This document shows positions 8,854-20,864 of a stretch of 64,000 nt of DNA, in pieces; within the stretch, counting starts at the first letter, position 1, and each line of letters opens with the position of its first letter. Where the stretch lies: positions 527,810 to 591,809 of the forward strand of contig RQSC01000028.1 of the NCBI GenBank assembly GCA_013416795.1, written 5' to 3'. The stretch is from Prasinococcaceae sp. CCMP 1430. Lineage: Eukaryota > Plantae > Prasinodermophyta. A program made the position numbers and the translations under genes. Below the pieces are notes generated by a model. That model saw nothing but the letters and a program-made list of their open reading frames with translations, made no database searches and was not told the origin of the DNA.

Positions 8854-11532
8854 TCACGAGCGCAGGTCTGCAGCCTCACGATCGTTATCGTCCGGCTCCG
8901 GTGGGGGGGCGTCGTCGTATGTGCTGACGAACAAGCCGTACAGTTCGAGCTCCGACAGCGCCAGAACTTGCTCGCCACTTGCAGTCGCACCCGGCCCTTC
9001 ACCGAGCACGATCCGAAAGTGGCTGTAGGAGTGCTTGGACGCCGCGCCATTGATCGGCCATCCCTTCCACTCGTGTTTCGACGCAGGCCCCTCGTCAGCG
9101 TGCGCGCTCAGCACACGCCAGAGCGTGCCGTCTGACGACGCCTCCAGCGTCCAGCAGCGGAGAAAATCACTGCTGGCGTCGTGACGCAGCGTGTAGTAGT
9201 TGGGGACGAGCTTGCCGCTTGAGCCGAGGTCCAATTGGCACCACGCTCGACCGCCCTCCGACGCATTGCCGCGGAATGAGTTGAATCTCTTCGGGGCGCC
9301 GCGTTTCACGAGCGCAGCTGCACTCGACATGGACGTGCACGGCGACGACGATGAGACGCGAATGTGTCCAGACACTGCAGGGCTCACAAAGGGCCGGACG
9401 ACGTCCTTTGTGGATTGCCCGATCCTGCGTCTTGTGCCAAGTAGGCCGACGACACCGGCGTTGTCGCCCGCGTGCTGAAAGCGCAGAACAATGCCCGCGC
9501 GCCTTGGTTCGCGGCTAGGCACCAGGTTGCACCTCGAAATGAAGCACGAGCCATTCTTTTGCACCTGATCGGCAGTCCCGCAGCCCGCGCGCGCGGCAAT
9601 GCCTCTGTCCATGCAGGAGCGCATGCATTCAGAGCTCTTCGCGAGCTTGCTCGCCATCGCGCGCTGCATACACTCCTCGCTCAACGATGCATAGCGCACA
9701 GCAGCCACGAGGTTGCTCGCATCGGCGAACCGCGCCCTGTCGACATCGTCGCCAGCCCACGATGCAAGCGCGTCGAAGACGCTATCCTCGGCAGTGGCAG
9801 GAAGCCTTCGCTCGTCCTTGAGCACAGCTTCGATTACGTGTGAGGGGAGGTCGGCGAGGCCCTGCGGATCAACAGCTGTCACGAGGCGGATGCGCCTGGC
9901 GACATATCTTTCGAGCCTTAGCCTCAAAGTCTTGCAGCTTAGCAGCCCCTCGAGTGCCACGAGCACCGAGCACACGTTGTGTGGCCGAACGTACTCCAGC
10001 GCGCGCTCTGCTGCACTGGTACTCAGGTCATGCATCCCGTAGTAGTCAGCGACGAGCAAAACATCGCAGAGCGCGCTGAGCTCGTCATTAATGTCGCGCA
10101 TCTCGCCCTCGACGTCGAGCAAGGCCTGCCAATCGGAGCCCTCATATATGAAACGCACTGCTGCAGCGACAGCGCTCCTGGTGAAAGCAGACTTGACGAT
10201 GCGCAGGCGTTTGGGCGAGCCTGTCCCTGGCGGCAGTGCCTCTCTCCAGCAATCGCGAAACACGCTGCAGAAGTAGGGCGAATGCATCGCAAGGAGCGCC
10301 CTGTGAGCCGGTATCGATTCGCCGCCGTCATCCGTCTCAATGAGCACATCGAACGGGCTCATAGCTGGCGGTGCCGTCATCAGGCATCTGCACCCTGGGG
10401 CAACATCGGCGAAGAGACGCTTTCCGCAATGCAGCAACACCTGCACGGACGGCTCTCCTTTCGTGCTTGGCCCAACTTTGGCGCGGAAGACCGAGTCAAC
10501 CATGAGATCAGAGCCGCACTGCTGCGCGAGCGACGCCAAGCTGTCAAGCTCGCCCACCGGCACCTTCACTACAGCGTGCGCGTATGCCAGCCGGAGCAGG
10601 GCATCGACGGCTCCCCAAGGCGAGCCCGGCGGGGGGTAAATGAGCAAACGCCCAGAGGACTCGCGATCAACAATCCATCCCGCTGGCGGTCGTGCTTGCG
10701 CCAAGGCTGGCAGTGCCGCGGCGACAATCGCGGCGTGCACCATGACGGCACGCTCCTGCAGGCCGGCAGCGCCTCTCACGACCGCGCAGTCGGTGAGCTC
10801 GGAAAGACCCAAAAAATCACCAGGCAGACCGCTTTGCCCTGCAGTCGCCCAAGTGTCCTGCGCGCGTCGGCAGGCGCGCTCATCTGCGTGCTCCGAACCA
10901 CCGTCGTCGTGGACAGGTTGCGGCCCGCTCTCTTGCCCCCCACAAGTGCCATCGGCACCTCTGACGTCTATTGCGCGATAAGACACGGGGGTGTCCCAGG
11001 TGGTCAGCCCGACGTGGCGAACGCGAGTCAGAGGTCTCGGATCGCGCCACTCAAAGAACTTGTTGTCACCCGGCTGCGGTCCCCACCCGGCCGATAGGAC
11101 GCCCGCGTCGATGCCGAGCCAGTATTTTTTGAAGTCTGTGGCGTCCATGCACGCGTGTTCAGGCAGCTCGCTCAGCGCGACCTCGACCTTGCCGTTACGC
11201 TCGAGGACGAACTTGGAGTTGCGATGCGAGCCAAAAATAGCGGTGTAGTGCTCGCCCATATCACAGTTGTGCCTGTAGTGTGTTGCGCCGGGCTTCTGAG
11301 CAAGCAGGACCGTTGCGTCACTAGCGGCCCTCGCCTCGAACGAGATGACGCCGCTCGCGAGCGCCCCGCCATTTGTGTCCGCCCCACCGCCGCCGCCCTC
11401 GCCGGCACCGCTTCCGCTGCTGGCCGTAGCAACGTAAGGCATGCCGAAGTCGTTCTCGCTCAGCCATGCAGCAGCCTCAGGCGGCACATGCAGCTCCCCC
11501 GCGGACGTCACGCGGATGACGCGCGCCACCAT
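8854..11532 (-). CDS. BTB/POZ-BACK-F5/8 type C protein with an N-terminal farnesoic acid O-methyltransferase-like domain (At2g30600-like architecture)
   Basis: KKYWLGIDAGVLSAGWG...VRHVGLTTWD (Methyltransf_FA-like); DVLIETDDGGESIPAHRALLAMHSPYF (BTB); EDSVFDALASW (BACK); WCQLDLG...PNYYTLRHD...WTLEASSDG (discoidin). ATG at 11532 (MVARVIRV). Confidence 0.85.
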   Translation of the reverse strand: MVARVIRVTSAGELHVPPEAAAWLSENDFGMPYVATASSGSGAGEGGGGGADTNGGALASGVISFEARAASDATVLLAQKPGATHYRHNCDMGEHYTAIFGSHRNSKFVLERNGKVEVALSELPEHACMDATDFKKYWLGIDAGVLSAGWGPQPGDNKFFEWRDPRPLTRVRHVGLTTWDTPVSYRAIDVRGADGTCGGQESGPQPVHDDGGSEHADERACRRAQDTWATAGQSGLPGDFLGLSELTDCAVVRGAAGLQERAVMVHAAIVAAALPALAQARPPAGWIVDRESSGRLLIYPPPGSPWGAVDALLRLAYAHAVVKVPVGELDSLASLAQQCGSDLMVDSVFRAKVGPSTKGEPSVQVLLHCGKRLFADVAPGCRCLMTAPPAMSPFDVLIETDDGGESIPAHRALLAMHSPYFCSVFRDCWREALPPGTGSPKRLRIVKSAFTRSAVAAAVRFIYEGSDWQALLDVEGEMRDINDELSALCDVLLVADYYGMHDLSTSAAERALEYVRPHNVCSVLVALEGLLSCKTLRLRLERYVARRIRLVTAVDPQGLADLPSHVIEAVLKDERRLPATAEDSVFDALASWAGDDVDRARFADASNLVAAVRYASLSEECMQRAMASKLAKSSECMRSCMDRGIAARAGCGTADQVQKNGSCFISRCNLVPSREPRRAGIVLRFQHAGDNAGVVGLLGTRRRIGQSTKDVVRPFVSPAVSGHIRVSSSSPCTSMSSAAALVKRGAPKRFNSFRGNASEGGRAWCQLDLGSSGKLVPNYYTLRHDASSDFLRCWTLEASSDGTLWRVLSAHADEGPASKHEWKGWPINGAASKHSYSHFRIVLGEGPGATASGEQVLALSELELYGLFVSTYDDAPPPEPDDNDREAADLRS

Positions 11533-12414
11533 GGCCACGGCGCGGTCCCCCCGGCACCCCGCGAATCGCCGTGCGCGTGCGCGCGCGCGCGCGCGGCGCA
11601 CGGCGGAGGTCACCAGCCCACGGTCGCTGTCTCCAGCGACGAAATGGGTCGGGCAGTCGCGCGTGAGGCCGAGGCGCTCGCCCCGCCCCGCCCGCCTCCC
11701 TCTCCTGCGCCGCGCGGTGTTGTGCCACCCCCCCACTCACACACGTGTGAACTCCCACAGGGGGCGTGGCGTGGACCGAACAAAAGTGCTCGAACAAAAC
11801 CTGAACCTCAGAAACCATAATTTTGCACGTGATGTGATGGATTTTGTGAACCCTCAAAGTATTGACCCTATTCAGCATCTCTCGCGCGCGCCCGCACGCC
11901 CGCGTGCTCGCGCGCGGGCAGATGCCCCCTACGCCGAGAGAGTGTGGATTGCTCGGAGGGCGTCACGCGGCGGGAGCCTGCACGTCGGGGCGCCTGCACG
12001 CAGCACCTCGCGGATCCTCCCAACGGCTCCGCGACGCGTGGAGGGGCGTGCCTGGCTTGGCTGGGGCCAGCGTTGCACCCGACGTGTTGAACTGCGTGTG
12101 AATTGATGACCGCTCTGCTTGGGGTCGCCCGCGCCGTTCCGGATTCGTTCGATCCTTCGAAAGGCGGTCACAGAGCGCCCCGGTGGTCGGCGGGATGAAG
12201 GGTGGGACGGGGGGGATGAGCGCCAGTCCGTGCGCGCCGAGGGCAGGCGAGGGCGAGGGAAGAGGGCGGGCAGGCGCCTCCGCGGTCGCGGGGTCGCCGT
12301 CGCGCAGCGTCGTTCTCTCTGAACCACCCCGATCGTGCTGTCTTACGAGCGCGTGCGTCGCTTGCGCGGGTGACGTGGGCGTGCGCGCGGGGGAGATCGT
12401 TTGGCCCAGTATGC

Positions 12415-14786
12415 TCACAGCTTGCCGATGAGGCGCTCCCAGCGCTTGCGCAGCGTCTCGCCGGTGTAAAGGAAGTGCAGGCCGAGGAAGCCCGCGAGGC
12501 GGAAGGCCAGCTGGAAGACGATGAGGTGGCGCAGCGACTTGCCGATGACCACATCCTGAAAACCGAGCGAGTATATGGCCTGTTGGCCGGTTATGGGAGT
12601 GCAGAAGTCTTGGGCAAGCGTCGCGTCATCGGCAGCGGCTGTGAGCGCGTCTGCATGGGCATCGGCGTCGGCGGCGGCTACCGCCTCGCCCTCCTCAGCC
12701 TCTGCCGGCACGCTGATCTCGGGGCAGGTGAAGTTAATGGCCTTGAACTCGTTGACAACAGCCACCTACGCATGCCGGCAAGCGCTCGCGTCAGCTCGAG
12801 GCTCGGGAGCACAAGGGTGCGCGGGCGCGCAGCCGCGCGCGCACCTCGACACCCCAGCCCATGAAAGAGAGCCTCTGAAGCCATCTGAGATACGGGGGCA
12901 CGTTGTTGAGATTCACCCAATTTCCATCGAAGATCATGAACAACAGCAGCACCGAAGATGCGCCCATCGACTGGTCCATGTCTTTGCACAGCGACCCAAT
13001 GGCAGTGAGCACCGCCGCACCTGCCAGCGTGGCGAGAACGACAGCAAGATAGTACGTCATTCGTGCCTCTGCGCTGTCCCGCAGGCCGTACATTTCGTAC
13101 GTGATGGCCGCGCACACCCATCCAAAGATGAGCTGCATCGGGGTCTCGCCAAGCGTACGCGTCAGGTAGAATATGGCCGTGCCGTACAGCCCACCCTTGG
13201 ACTCGTGCAGGAACAGTGCTCTCTCCTTGGGAAAGAGCGTCAACTGATCGAAGCACCTGTTTCAGCTCGCGCCAAGGTGGGCAGTGCGGTCAGTCTTGTC
13301 AGCGCTGCGCATGCATGCAGGGCGAGCGATCGCTGGGGGAACGCCGGGGCAGAGCGCTCACGCACATGAAGGACTGCATGAGCACCGTGAGCGAGATAGC
13401 TGACACGTGGTCGCCCAGAGCGTCCACATCGGTGTTCATCTGCCAGTAGACAGCGCCAAAGACCAGCGGCACAATGACCGCGTTGCCGAATTGCGTGGCA
13501 GTCACCTGCGGCTCGCGTAGCTTGAAGAGTGTGCAGCGCAACCAAAGCGCATAGAACTTGCGCGCGAAAAACAGCAGCTTCGCACTGGCGCTGGCAGTGT
13601 CACCGCCCTGCCTGCGCTGGGGCATGGAAAGGTGCTTGCCTGCACTCGCCGTGCGCTCGGAGAGCACCGCACGTTCCTTTGATCTCGTCCAGCGGAGCGC
13701 GAGTTCGCGCACAATTTTGACACGGCTGCGCCGTTCGCGTGCCGCCTCGTCGAGATCAACCGTCAGCGTCGTGTCGGTGCGCTTCGCGGTCTCCGAGCGG
13801 TCTTCATCGAGGTCCACCTCGTCTGCCGCGGAGTTGTCACTGCTGTCGACGCGGGTATTTACCAGGTCCAGAAGGAAGTCGGCGGGGTTCTCATAGGCTG
13901 GCGCAGGGTGCCCCGCAGCCTCCAAGTAGCCCAGGACGCCGTCGGTGCTGGGCATGCCGTTCGCGAGCTTCCACGCAGGGCCAAAGTACATGTCGTGCCC
14001 AGCCGCCAGAAGGAGGACTGCGTCGAGCAGGGGCGGGATGGTTGCACGCGGCTGATGAATGCTCAGCATCACCGCAGGGCTGCGCGGCGAGTTGGCGCGC
14101 GCGCGCAACAGCCTGATGACGGAGAGGGCTGTCGCTGCGTCGAGACCAGATGTTGGCTCGTCGAGCATGACCAGCGCTGGTGAATGCATCATCTCGCATG
14201 CGATGGAGAGGCGGCGCCTCTCGCCGCCCGAGATGCCTCCTGGCTCTAGCGGCTTGCCAATGTGGGTATTGGCGCACTGTGATAGATCGAACTCCTCGAT
14301 GGCCGCGTTTACGCGTGCCTCGCGCTCGTCTGCTGGCCGGTCGGACATGCGCAGCGTCGCGCAGAAGCGCAGCGTCTCGCGCACGGTCAAACAACCAAAG
14401 AGGTAGTCTTCCTGCGCCACATAGCCCACAAGATGCACCATCTCCGGCGGCACGCCGCCTCCGCTGCGCGCCGTCCCGTTGACCACGATTTCGCCACCCA
14501 GCCCTGAGGTCAGCCTCCCGCCGAGTGCGGCGATGAGCGTGCTCTTGCCGCTACCACTAGGACCCATGACCGCCGTGAGCGCGCCAGGCGACGCCTCGCC
14601 CGTGAGCGCGTGCAGGATGCGCTTCATGGGCCGGCCGCCGCCGCCCTTTGCGCCGCCCTTCTCATCTGCGCCGGAGCCAGTCCTCTTCCCATCTGCCTTG
14701 GGCGCGGGCACGTCGTACGTCAGCCCTCTCCACGCGAGGTGCAGCCCGCTTGCCCCCCCGACCGCGGTGATGTCGGAGACGGACAT
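12415..14786 (-). CDS. ABCG (White/WBC-type) half ABC transporter, multi-exon
   Basis: Walker A GPSGSGKST, signature ISGGERRRL, Walker B VMLDEPTSGLD and SIHQPR; ABC2 membrane exons at 12791-13243 and 12415-12765; introns near 13250-13360 and 12766-12870. Confidence 0.93.
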
Positions 14787-16379
14787 GCCGCGGCCCCGCG
14801 CGCCGTCCTGCGGGCGGGCGGGCCTACCCCTCGCGGCGTGCGGCGCGCACGTGTGGCTGCGCGGCGTTGGCCACGATGCCACGCGCGCGCGCGCGCACAG
14901 GAGAGTGAGGGAGGGCGCACGGGCACGCACCCGGGCGCAGGCGCGGGCGCGGGCGCCCCCCCCCCCCCCAACAAGGGGCAAGGTTTCGCTAGCGCGTTCC
15001 CCCGAGGAGCGTCCCCGCGCACACCCCCAGCAACGCTTTCGCGGAGGGTCGCGATGCGAAATCACAACCGTGAAAAACACCGAAGAGAGCTTCCAGCGAG
15101 AGCTGCTCGCTGGATGGGCCGGGCCACCCCGCCGGGCGCGCCAGAGCGCGCGCGCTCGCGGTGGCAGGGTGTGAGCCGCCTTACGGGCGCCGCAGGGGCG
15201 CAGCTGCGCGGCCGGCCGGGGAGGGGTGGGTGGCTGGGTGGGGGAAAGGAATGCGCGCGTCGGCCGCGCAGCGTGGCGGGGCAGGGCGTTCGATCGATCA
15301 CCCCCACGCCCCGCGCCGGCCGGTGCGCCGCCGCGGATCGATCGGTGGGTCGGGCGGTCCGGACCGGTCGCAGCAGCGGAGAAGAAGAAGAATATCCACG
15401 CTCACATCGCATCCGCTCACGACGGGTCGCCGGACGCCGCGCGGCGCGCGGGCGCGGGGGTGGACGCGGACTGGCCCGTATTGGCCTGGCCGGCCGGCTG
15501 GCCAGCGTGTGCCCCGCGCCTGCGGGCGCGCGCCGCGGCCTTGCTGCTGTCTATCTGTTGCTCTGGCACCCGACTCGATTGAAGGCCACGCAGGCCCCTT
15601 CCGTCCCCTACCCCGCCCGCCCCGCTGCGTGCGCTGCGTGTTTTGTTTGCATGTTCCACACATCACATCACATCACACCACGTGCTATGGATGGTGCTGC
15701 CCTCGCCCATCGCCATCGCCCCCGCTCCATGCCTGGTGGGCGGCCGGGCGCCCGCCACCCCGCTCTCCCCTCCGCGGCGCCCGCCCGCCCGCACCCCGCC
15801 CGCGCGCCACGCAACGGCAACTCGCGCGCAGGTCGGATCGAGACTCCCTTCGGTGAATCCCCCATTTCGCCCTCCGTTCTCCGCCGATCAATCGCCTGCA
15901 AGCCACCACCAAAATCTCGTTCCGTCGATTTTACATAAACTATTAAATGAGTGTTAGATGCCTCAACATCGACGGATTGTATGGGATTAAAACACCACCC
16001 AGCCAAATCGACGGAAAGCCATTCCGTCGCGCCGTCGCGCCGATCGCCCCGAGGTTATCATGACCGACGCCTCCAACTTCGCCCTCGGCATGAAGCCCGC
16101 CATGGAGACACTTCGCTAGCGCGCATCGTACCAGATGCAATGCCAAGGGACGGTATGGACGCACTCTACTCTCCACCCCACTATACGCACGCGCGGAGTG
16201 CGCGGCCGCCGCGCGGCACGTCGCGCGCGCGCGCGCGCGCAGCGGCTGCCGACGCGGCCCTCGCGCAGTCACTCCGGGAGGACGTGTGTAAAACCCACGA
16301 CTTCATCCTCGTACGCGCCCGCAGCGCGCCGCGGGTGCCGCGCAAGCTCGTGGAGGCCGCTCCACCAACGCGCCCNNNN

Positions 16380-17603
16380 NNCGTGCCGCCGCGCCGCACC
16401 GCGCCCCCGCGCGCGCGCCTGCAGCGTGTCGGCCCAGGCCAACCTGAAGCCGGCGGGCATTGCCGCCGCCGCCGCCGCCTCGGTCGTGCTCGGCGCCAAC
16501 TCGGCGCTCGCGGGCGACCTCACCGCGGATGAGCGCGCGTCGCTCACCTACCTGCAGGTGAAGGGCACCGGCCTCGCCAACACGTGCGCCACCGTGAAGG
16601 CGGACGACAAGACCACCGACATTGCCGCGGGCACCTACGCCCTCGAGCACCTGTGCCTCGAGCCCACTGCCATCACCGTCAAGGAGGAGGACACGTGCGT
16701 TGCGCTGGCCAGCGCCGCGCCGTGCTTCAGCGTGTGCATGTGTCAGGGGAGAGAGAAAAGGGGGGGGGGGAGGGCGAAACGCAGCAGTGCGTTGCCGCGA
16801 GCCTCAGCGAGCAGCAGCTAGGGCGCCTCATGGCTGCGATGGCACGCGTGCGCGTATCCCGCGCCGTGAGAAACCCTCTCGCGCTGCTGCGCGTCATGGC
16901 GGATGCGCCAGCCCTGCACTGGGGTGGAGACGCCCGCACTGCCACGCCCGTTTTCTTGCGCTTGCCGCCGACCGCTGGAGCTGCGCTGTGGCGTGCGCCG
17001 TGGAGCGATTACCCCTCGCACGCCGTGCTGACATCAGCGTACGTCCTTCGCCCGCTCCGCCCGTACGCGTTCTCTTGCAGCTTCCTGTCGACCAAGCTGA
17101 TGACCCGCCTCACGTACACTCTCGATGAGATCTCGGGCAAGGCCACCGTGGGCTCGGACGGCTCGTTCTCCTTCCAGGAGCAGGACGGCATTGACTACGC
17201 CCCCACCACCGTGCAGCTGCCGGGCGGCGAGCGCGTGCCCTTCCTCTTCACCGTGAAGGAGCTCGACGCCAAGGGCAGCCTCGCGTCGTTCGGCGGCGAC
17301 TTCACCGTCCCCTCGTACCGCGGCTCGTCGTTCCTCGACCCCAAGGGCCGTGGTGGCTCGCTTGGCCGTGACGCGGCCAAGGCGCTGCCCGCCGCTTCGA
17401 CCGCCGACGAGTACGAGAAGGAGAACATCAAGGAGACCACGCCGCTGGCTGGCAGCATTGTGTTCAACACGGCGAAGGTCGACGCCACCACTGGCGAGAT
17501 TGCCGGCATCTTCGAGTCGATCCAGCCCTCGGACACCGACCTCGGCTCCAAGGCGCCCAAGGACGTGAAGATCGAGGGTGTCTTCTACGCGCAGCTGGAG
17601 TAA
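16380..17603 (+). CDS. psbO: Oxygen-evolving enhancer protein 1 (PsbO); 5' end obscured by an N-gap; intron at ~16695-17079
   Basis: [80 protein letters not shown] and [29 protein letters not shown]; lumen-targeting AxA motif SALA. Confidence 0.96.
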
Positions 17604-17987
17604 ACGCGTTGTTTCATATATAGCACACCCGCGGGCAGCACGCACTCCTGCGCTGGCGCATGGCGTCGCACCGCGGCTTGTGCGCGGCACGATGTCGCAG
17701 CTGACCCCCCCCCGCTTGGGAGCTCGCCGGCGCCAGTCGGCTCACGGTCTCATGTGTAGCACTAGTCTACTGTACATGCAGTAAGGAAAAGCTCGCAGGG
17801 CAGACCCAAAACTCGCACCCCAGGGTTCAGCAAATGCACGCGGCGCGGCGGCGCCGCCGGTTGTTGCGCCGCTCGGGGACGGAGGCCACAGCGAGTGCGC
17901 CCCCTCCCCACCCGCCCCTCGCAAACTTCCCCCCCTCGGACCCGGCCCGACCGCCTCGCGTGAGGCCACCGGCCCATCCCGTGAAGG

Positions 17988-18963
17988 ATGGGCCCGCCGC
18001 TGCCCACGTCTCCGATCGGGCGCGTGATGGGCTCGCCATCGGCGCCGTGCGTGCTGGGCGTCTTCCAGGACTACACGTGCCCGTTCTCAGCGCGTCTCTG
18101 GAAACGGCTCGTCGCGGACGTCGTGCCCAAGTACGTCGACGCAGGTGAGACAGATCGTGCTCGCGAGCGCGAGCGTGCGGCTGCAGCCGGCTGAGATGGG
18201 GGCGAGCCGACGCCGGGCCCCGCCTCCGCTGGAGCTTGCGGCGCGCTGACGCACGTGGCCGCGCACGCCCCACGCACCTGGGCCCCACACCGCGGCGCAC
18301 GGCGCCATTTTCAGGCAAGCTCCGCATCGCTTTTCATCACCAGGTGCAACCGTGGCATCCGACGAGCTCGATGTGCCACGAGGCCGCGCTGGCAGTCGCG
18401 CGCGTCGGCGGCGATGAGGCCTTCTGGAAGTTCAGCTTGGCCCTCATGGAACAGCAGGTCGACTTTTTCGACCTGTCCACCTACGACATGCCGCGCTCGG
18501 CTGTCTACGACAAGCTCTCGGAGCTCGCGCATGCGTCGGCTGGCGTCGAAGCCAAGGTACGACGGCGCTTTTGGCGCTCGCTGGCTCGCGCGTGTCTGCG
18601 AGGGTAGGGCGAAAGTAGGGCCTGTGGGCGCCCATGCGTGGAGACGCCCGCGCCTTGCGGCCGCGCGCCTGCGCGTGTCGAGGAGCACCTACGCGCTGAA
18701 CGCAGGCGTGCTGACGCATTCGTCCGCAGGCCGTGCGCGAGCTACTCATGCTGGACCCGGCGGCCATCGCTTCGGGCCAGAAAAATCCAGGCACGCAGAT
18801 GTGCACGGAGCTCAAGCTGCAGATCAAGTACGGCCGCCAACTGGGCGTGCACGTCAGCCCAACCACCACCTGGAACGGCATGATATGCGACACGAGCAGC
18901 GGCTGGAGCGCAGAAGAGTGGTCTGCCTTCCTCGACCCACTCATAGAACAGGCCTCTGCCTGA
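17988..18963 (+). CDS. DsbA-like thioredoxin-fold protein (monothiol CPFS), 3 exons
   Basis: VFQDYTCPFS motif, FHHQVQPWHPTS, and cis-Pro loop GVHVSPTTTWNG; introns at ~18146-18315 and ~18557-18729. Confidence 0.85.
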
Positions 18964-19262
18964 CCAGCTCGAACGCAGTGCGCGCGCGCTGCGCTGTAAA
19001 GAAGGCTGCAGGCGACGGCGTCTGCGTGTGCGCCGCATCGCGCGTGTGCCCGAACACGTTTTCGTGTCCAGCCATCCAGGCTTGGAGCCCCTGAGCGTGC
19101 ATGTGAGTGTGTGGTATGTGTGCGCACTCTATGTTACACATCCCCTCTGTTGCGCGCGCCCTACGTAGGATCGCAAGGTCTCCTTCTGGCTGCCAGCCGC
19201 ACGTGTGTACAAGCGCGTGTGCGTGTCTGGCAAGAACAAAATCGCCGATGGGAGGGTGCAAC

Positions 19263-20864
19263 TCAGACCGCCCCTGCCACGTTGGCCACGCCAGCGCCCA
19301 CCGCGAGGGGCACAACGATGGCATACACGGCGTGCACCTCCGGGCGACCAATTCTCGAGTTGTCAAGGTCGTGCGTGTAGCACGCAAAGGCCGCATCGGC
19401 TGCGTTGAGCACCAGCGTCGCAAAGAACCCAAGCACGATGAGCGCCATCAGGCCAGCGAGGACGCCCAGGACGACCCGCTCGAGGGCCTTGGTGTCATTA
19501 TCGTCCGCGGCGAACGCGCGCGTCCCGAGCCAGCCGACCGCGACGCCGTAGCCGACCGCGACAAGCAGCACCATTGTATTGAGCACTGTGGGCGGCAGCC
19601 ACCACACCGTGTACGCCTTGTTGAAATGTCGCTTGAGGCGTTCGGTGGACTGCTTGCCCGCCGCCCAGAAGCCGAGGCCGGTGATGGCCGCCTCGATGAT
19701 CGCGAACTTGGAGAGGTACTCGATGATCTCGGCGATGCACGAAAGGACGCATTGGCAGAGGCACGCGAGGATCTGCGCGGCGCCGTCGCCGCTGCGCCGC
19801 GCGTCGCGCCGCGCCTGCGCGGCAGCCTGACGCACGAGCTCGCACAGCGTGAGGATCGCCGCGCCGAAGGTGACGCTGCCAAAGCCCGGGCCCGTCGCGT
19901 TGCGCAGCGCGCGCCACGTCGTGCCGCGCGCCGGGGTGCCGAGGGGCGTGTAGTACCATTGGGCAACGCTGCCAGCGACCACGTGGAGCTTCAGATCAAA
20001 CGCCACGAAGGTGGTCCACAGCATCGACAGCCCGATCAGGGACCACGCGGGGATGACCCACGCGTCGGGGCGCCAATAGCAGCAGTCGACCTGGCCGCCG
20101 CCGTTGCCGTCTGAGTAGCACACGTCACCTGACTGCACGACGTCAGGGCGGCGCGCGGGCTCGCCGTTGCGCATGGCGGCCACGCTGGCCGCGCCATGGC
20201 CCATCAGCACGAGCAGCAGGACGACCTGGACGCCGAGCGCGACGAACGACAGGCCCGGGTTCTCGCGCACGGCCGCACCCGCCACGGCGAGCAAGCGCGC
20301 GCATGTCTCGAACGTGGACGGCCACTTGAAGACCAGGTAGACCAGGAGGCACCCGAGGAGGATGGAAAGCAGGCCGAAGACGAGCGCGAGGCCGCCGCCC
20401 ACCTGCACGAGCGCCACGCCGTAGGTGAGCACGATGGCGGCCTGCACGACCAGGGCCGTGCGGACAACCGCGCGCGGGTGGTGCGCGATGAGGGCCACGA
20501 AGAGGGCGCCGATGATGACCGAGCCCGCGGCGGAAGCAGCCAGCCAGCCGCGCGCGGAGTGCAGGAAATGGTCGGCATCTATGGTCTCGGGCTCCTGGAA
20601 GCCGTCCGCCGCGCCGTAGCGCTGTGCGCCGCGCGCGCCTTCCGCTGGGCACGTGGCCGCGCGCGCGAGCGACTCGGAGCTCGCGAGCACGTCGTAGTCC
20701 GGGTTGCCATGGCTCGCGCCGTAGGCGCCGGCTGCGACGACGCCGACCAGAAAGAGCGCGTAGAGCAGTGCCCAGCCGAGGTCGCGCACGGGGCGGTGGC
20801 CGTACTCGAACGCCCCTGCGCTGGGCGCGCCGCCCTGGCCGCCTCCGCCCGGCGCGGGCGCCAT
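19263..20864 (-). CDS. Choline transporter-like (CTL/SLC44) multi-pass membrane protein
   Basis: RDLGWALLYALFL at the N-terminus, ~10 hydrophobic helices, VAGSVAQWYY, GFGSVTFGAAIL, IEYLSKFAIIEAAITGLGFW; ATG at 20864. Confidence 0.9.
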   Translation of the reverse strand: MAPAPGGGGQGGAPSAGAFEYGHRPVRDLGWALLYALFLVGVVAAGAYGASHGNPDYDVLASSESLARAATCPAEGARGAQRYGAADGFQEPETIDADHFLHSARGWLAASAAGSVIIGALFVALIAHHPRAVVRTALVVQAAIVLTYGVALVQVGGGLALVFGLLSILLGCLLVYLVFKWPSTFETCARLLAVAGAAVRENPGLSFVALGVQVVLLLVLMGHGAASVAAMRNGEPARRPDVVQSGDVCYSDGNGGGQVDCCYWRPDAWVIPAWSLIGLSMLWTTFVAFDLKLHVVAGSVAQWYYTPLGTPARGTTWRALRNATGPGFGSVTFGAAILTLCELVRQAAAQARRDARRSGDGAAQILACLCQCVLSCIAEIIEYLSKFAIIEAAITGLGFWAAGKQSTERLKRHFNKAYTVWWLPPTVLNTMVLLVAVGYGVAVGWLGTRAFAADDNDTKALERVVLGVLAGLMALIVLGFFATLVLNAADAAFACYTHDLDNSRIGRPEVHAVYAIVVPLAVGAGVANVAGAV

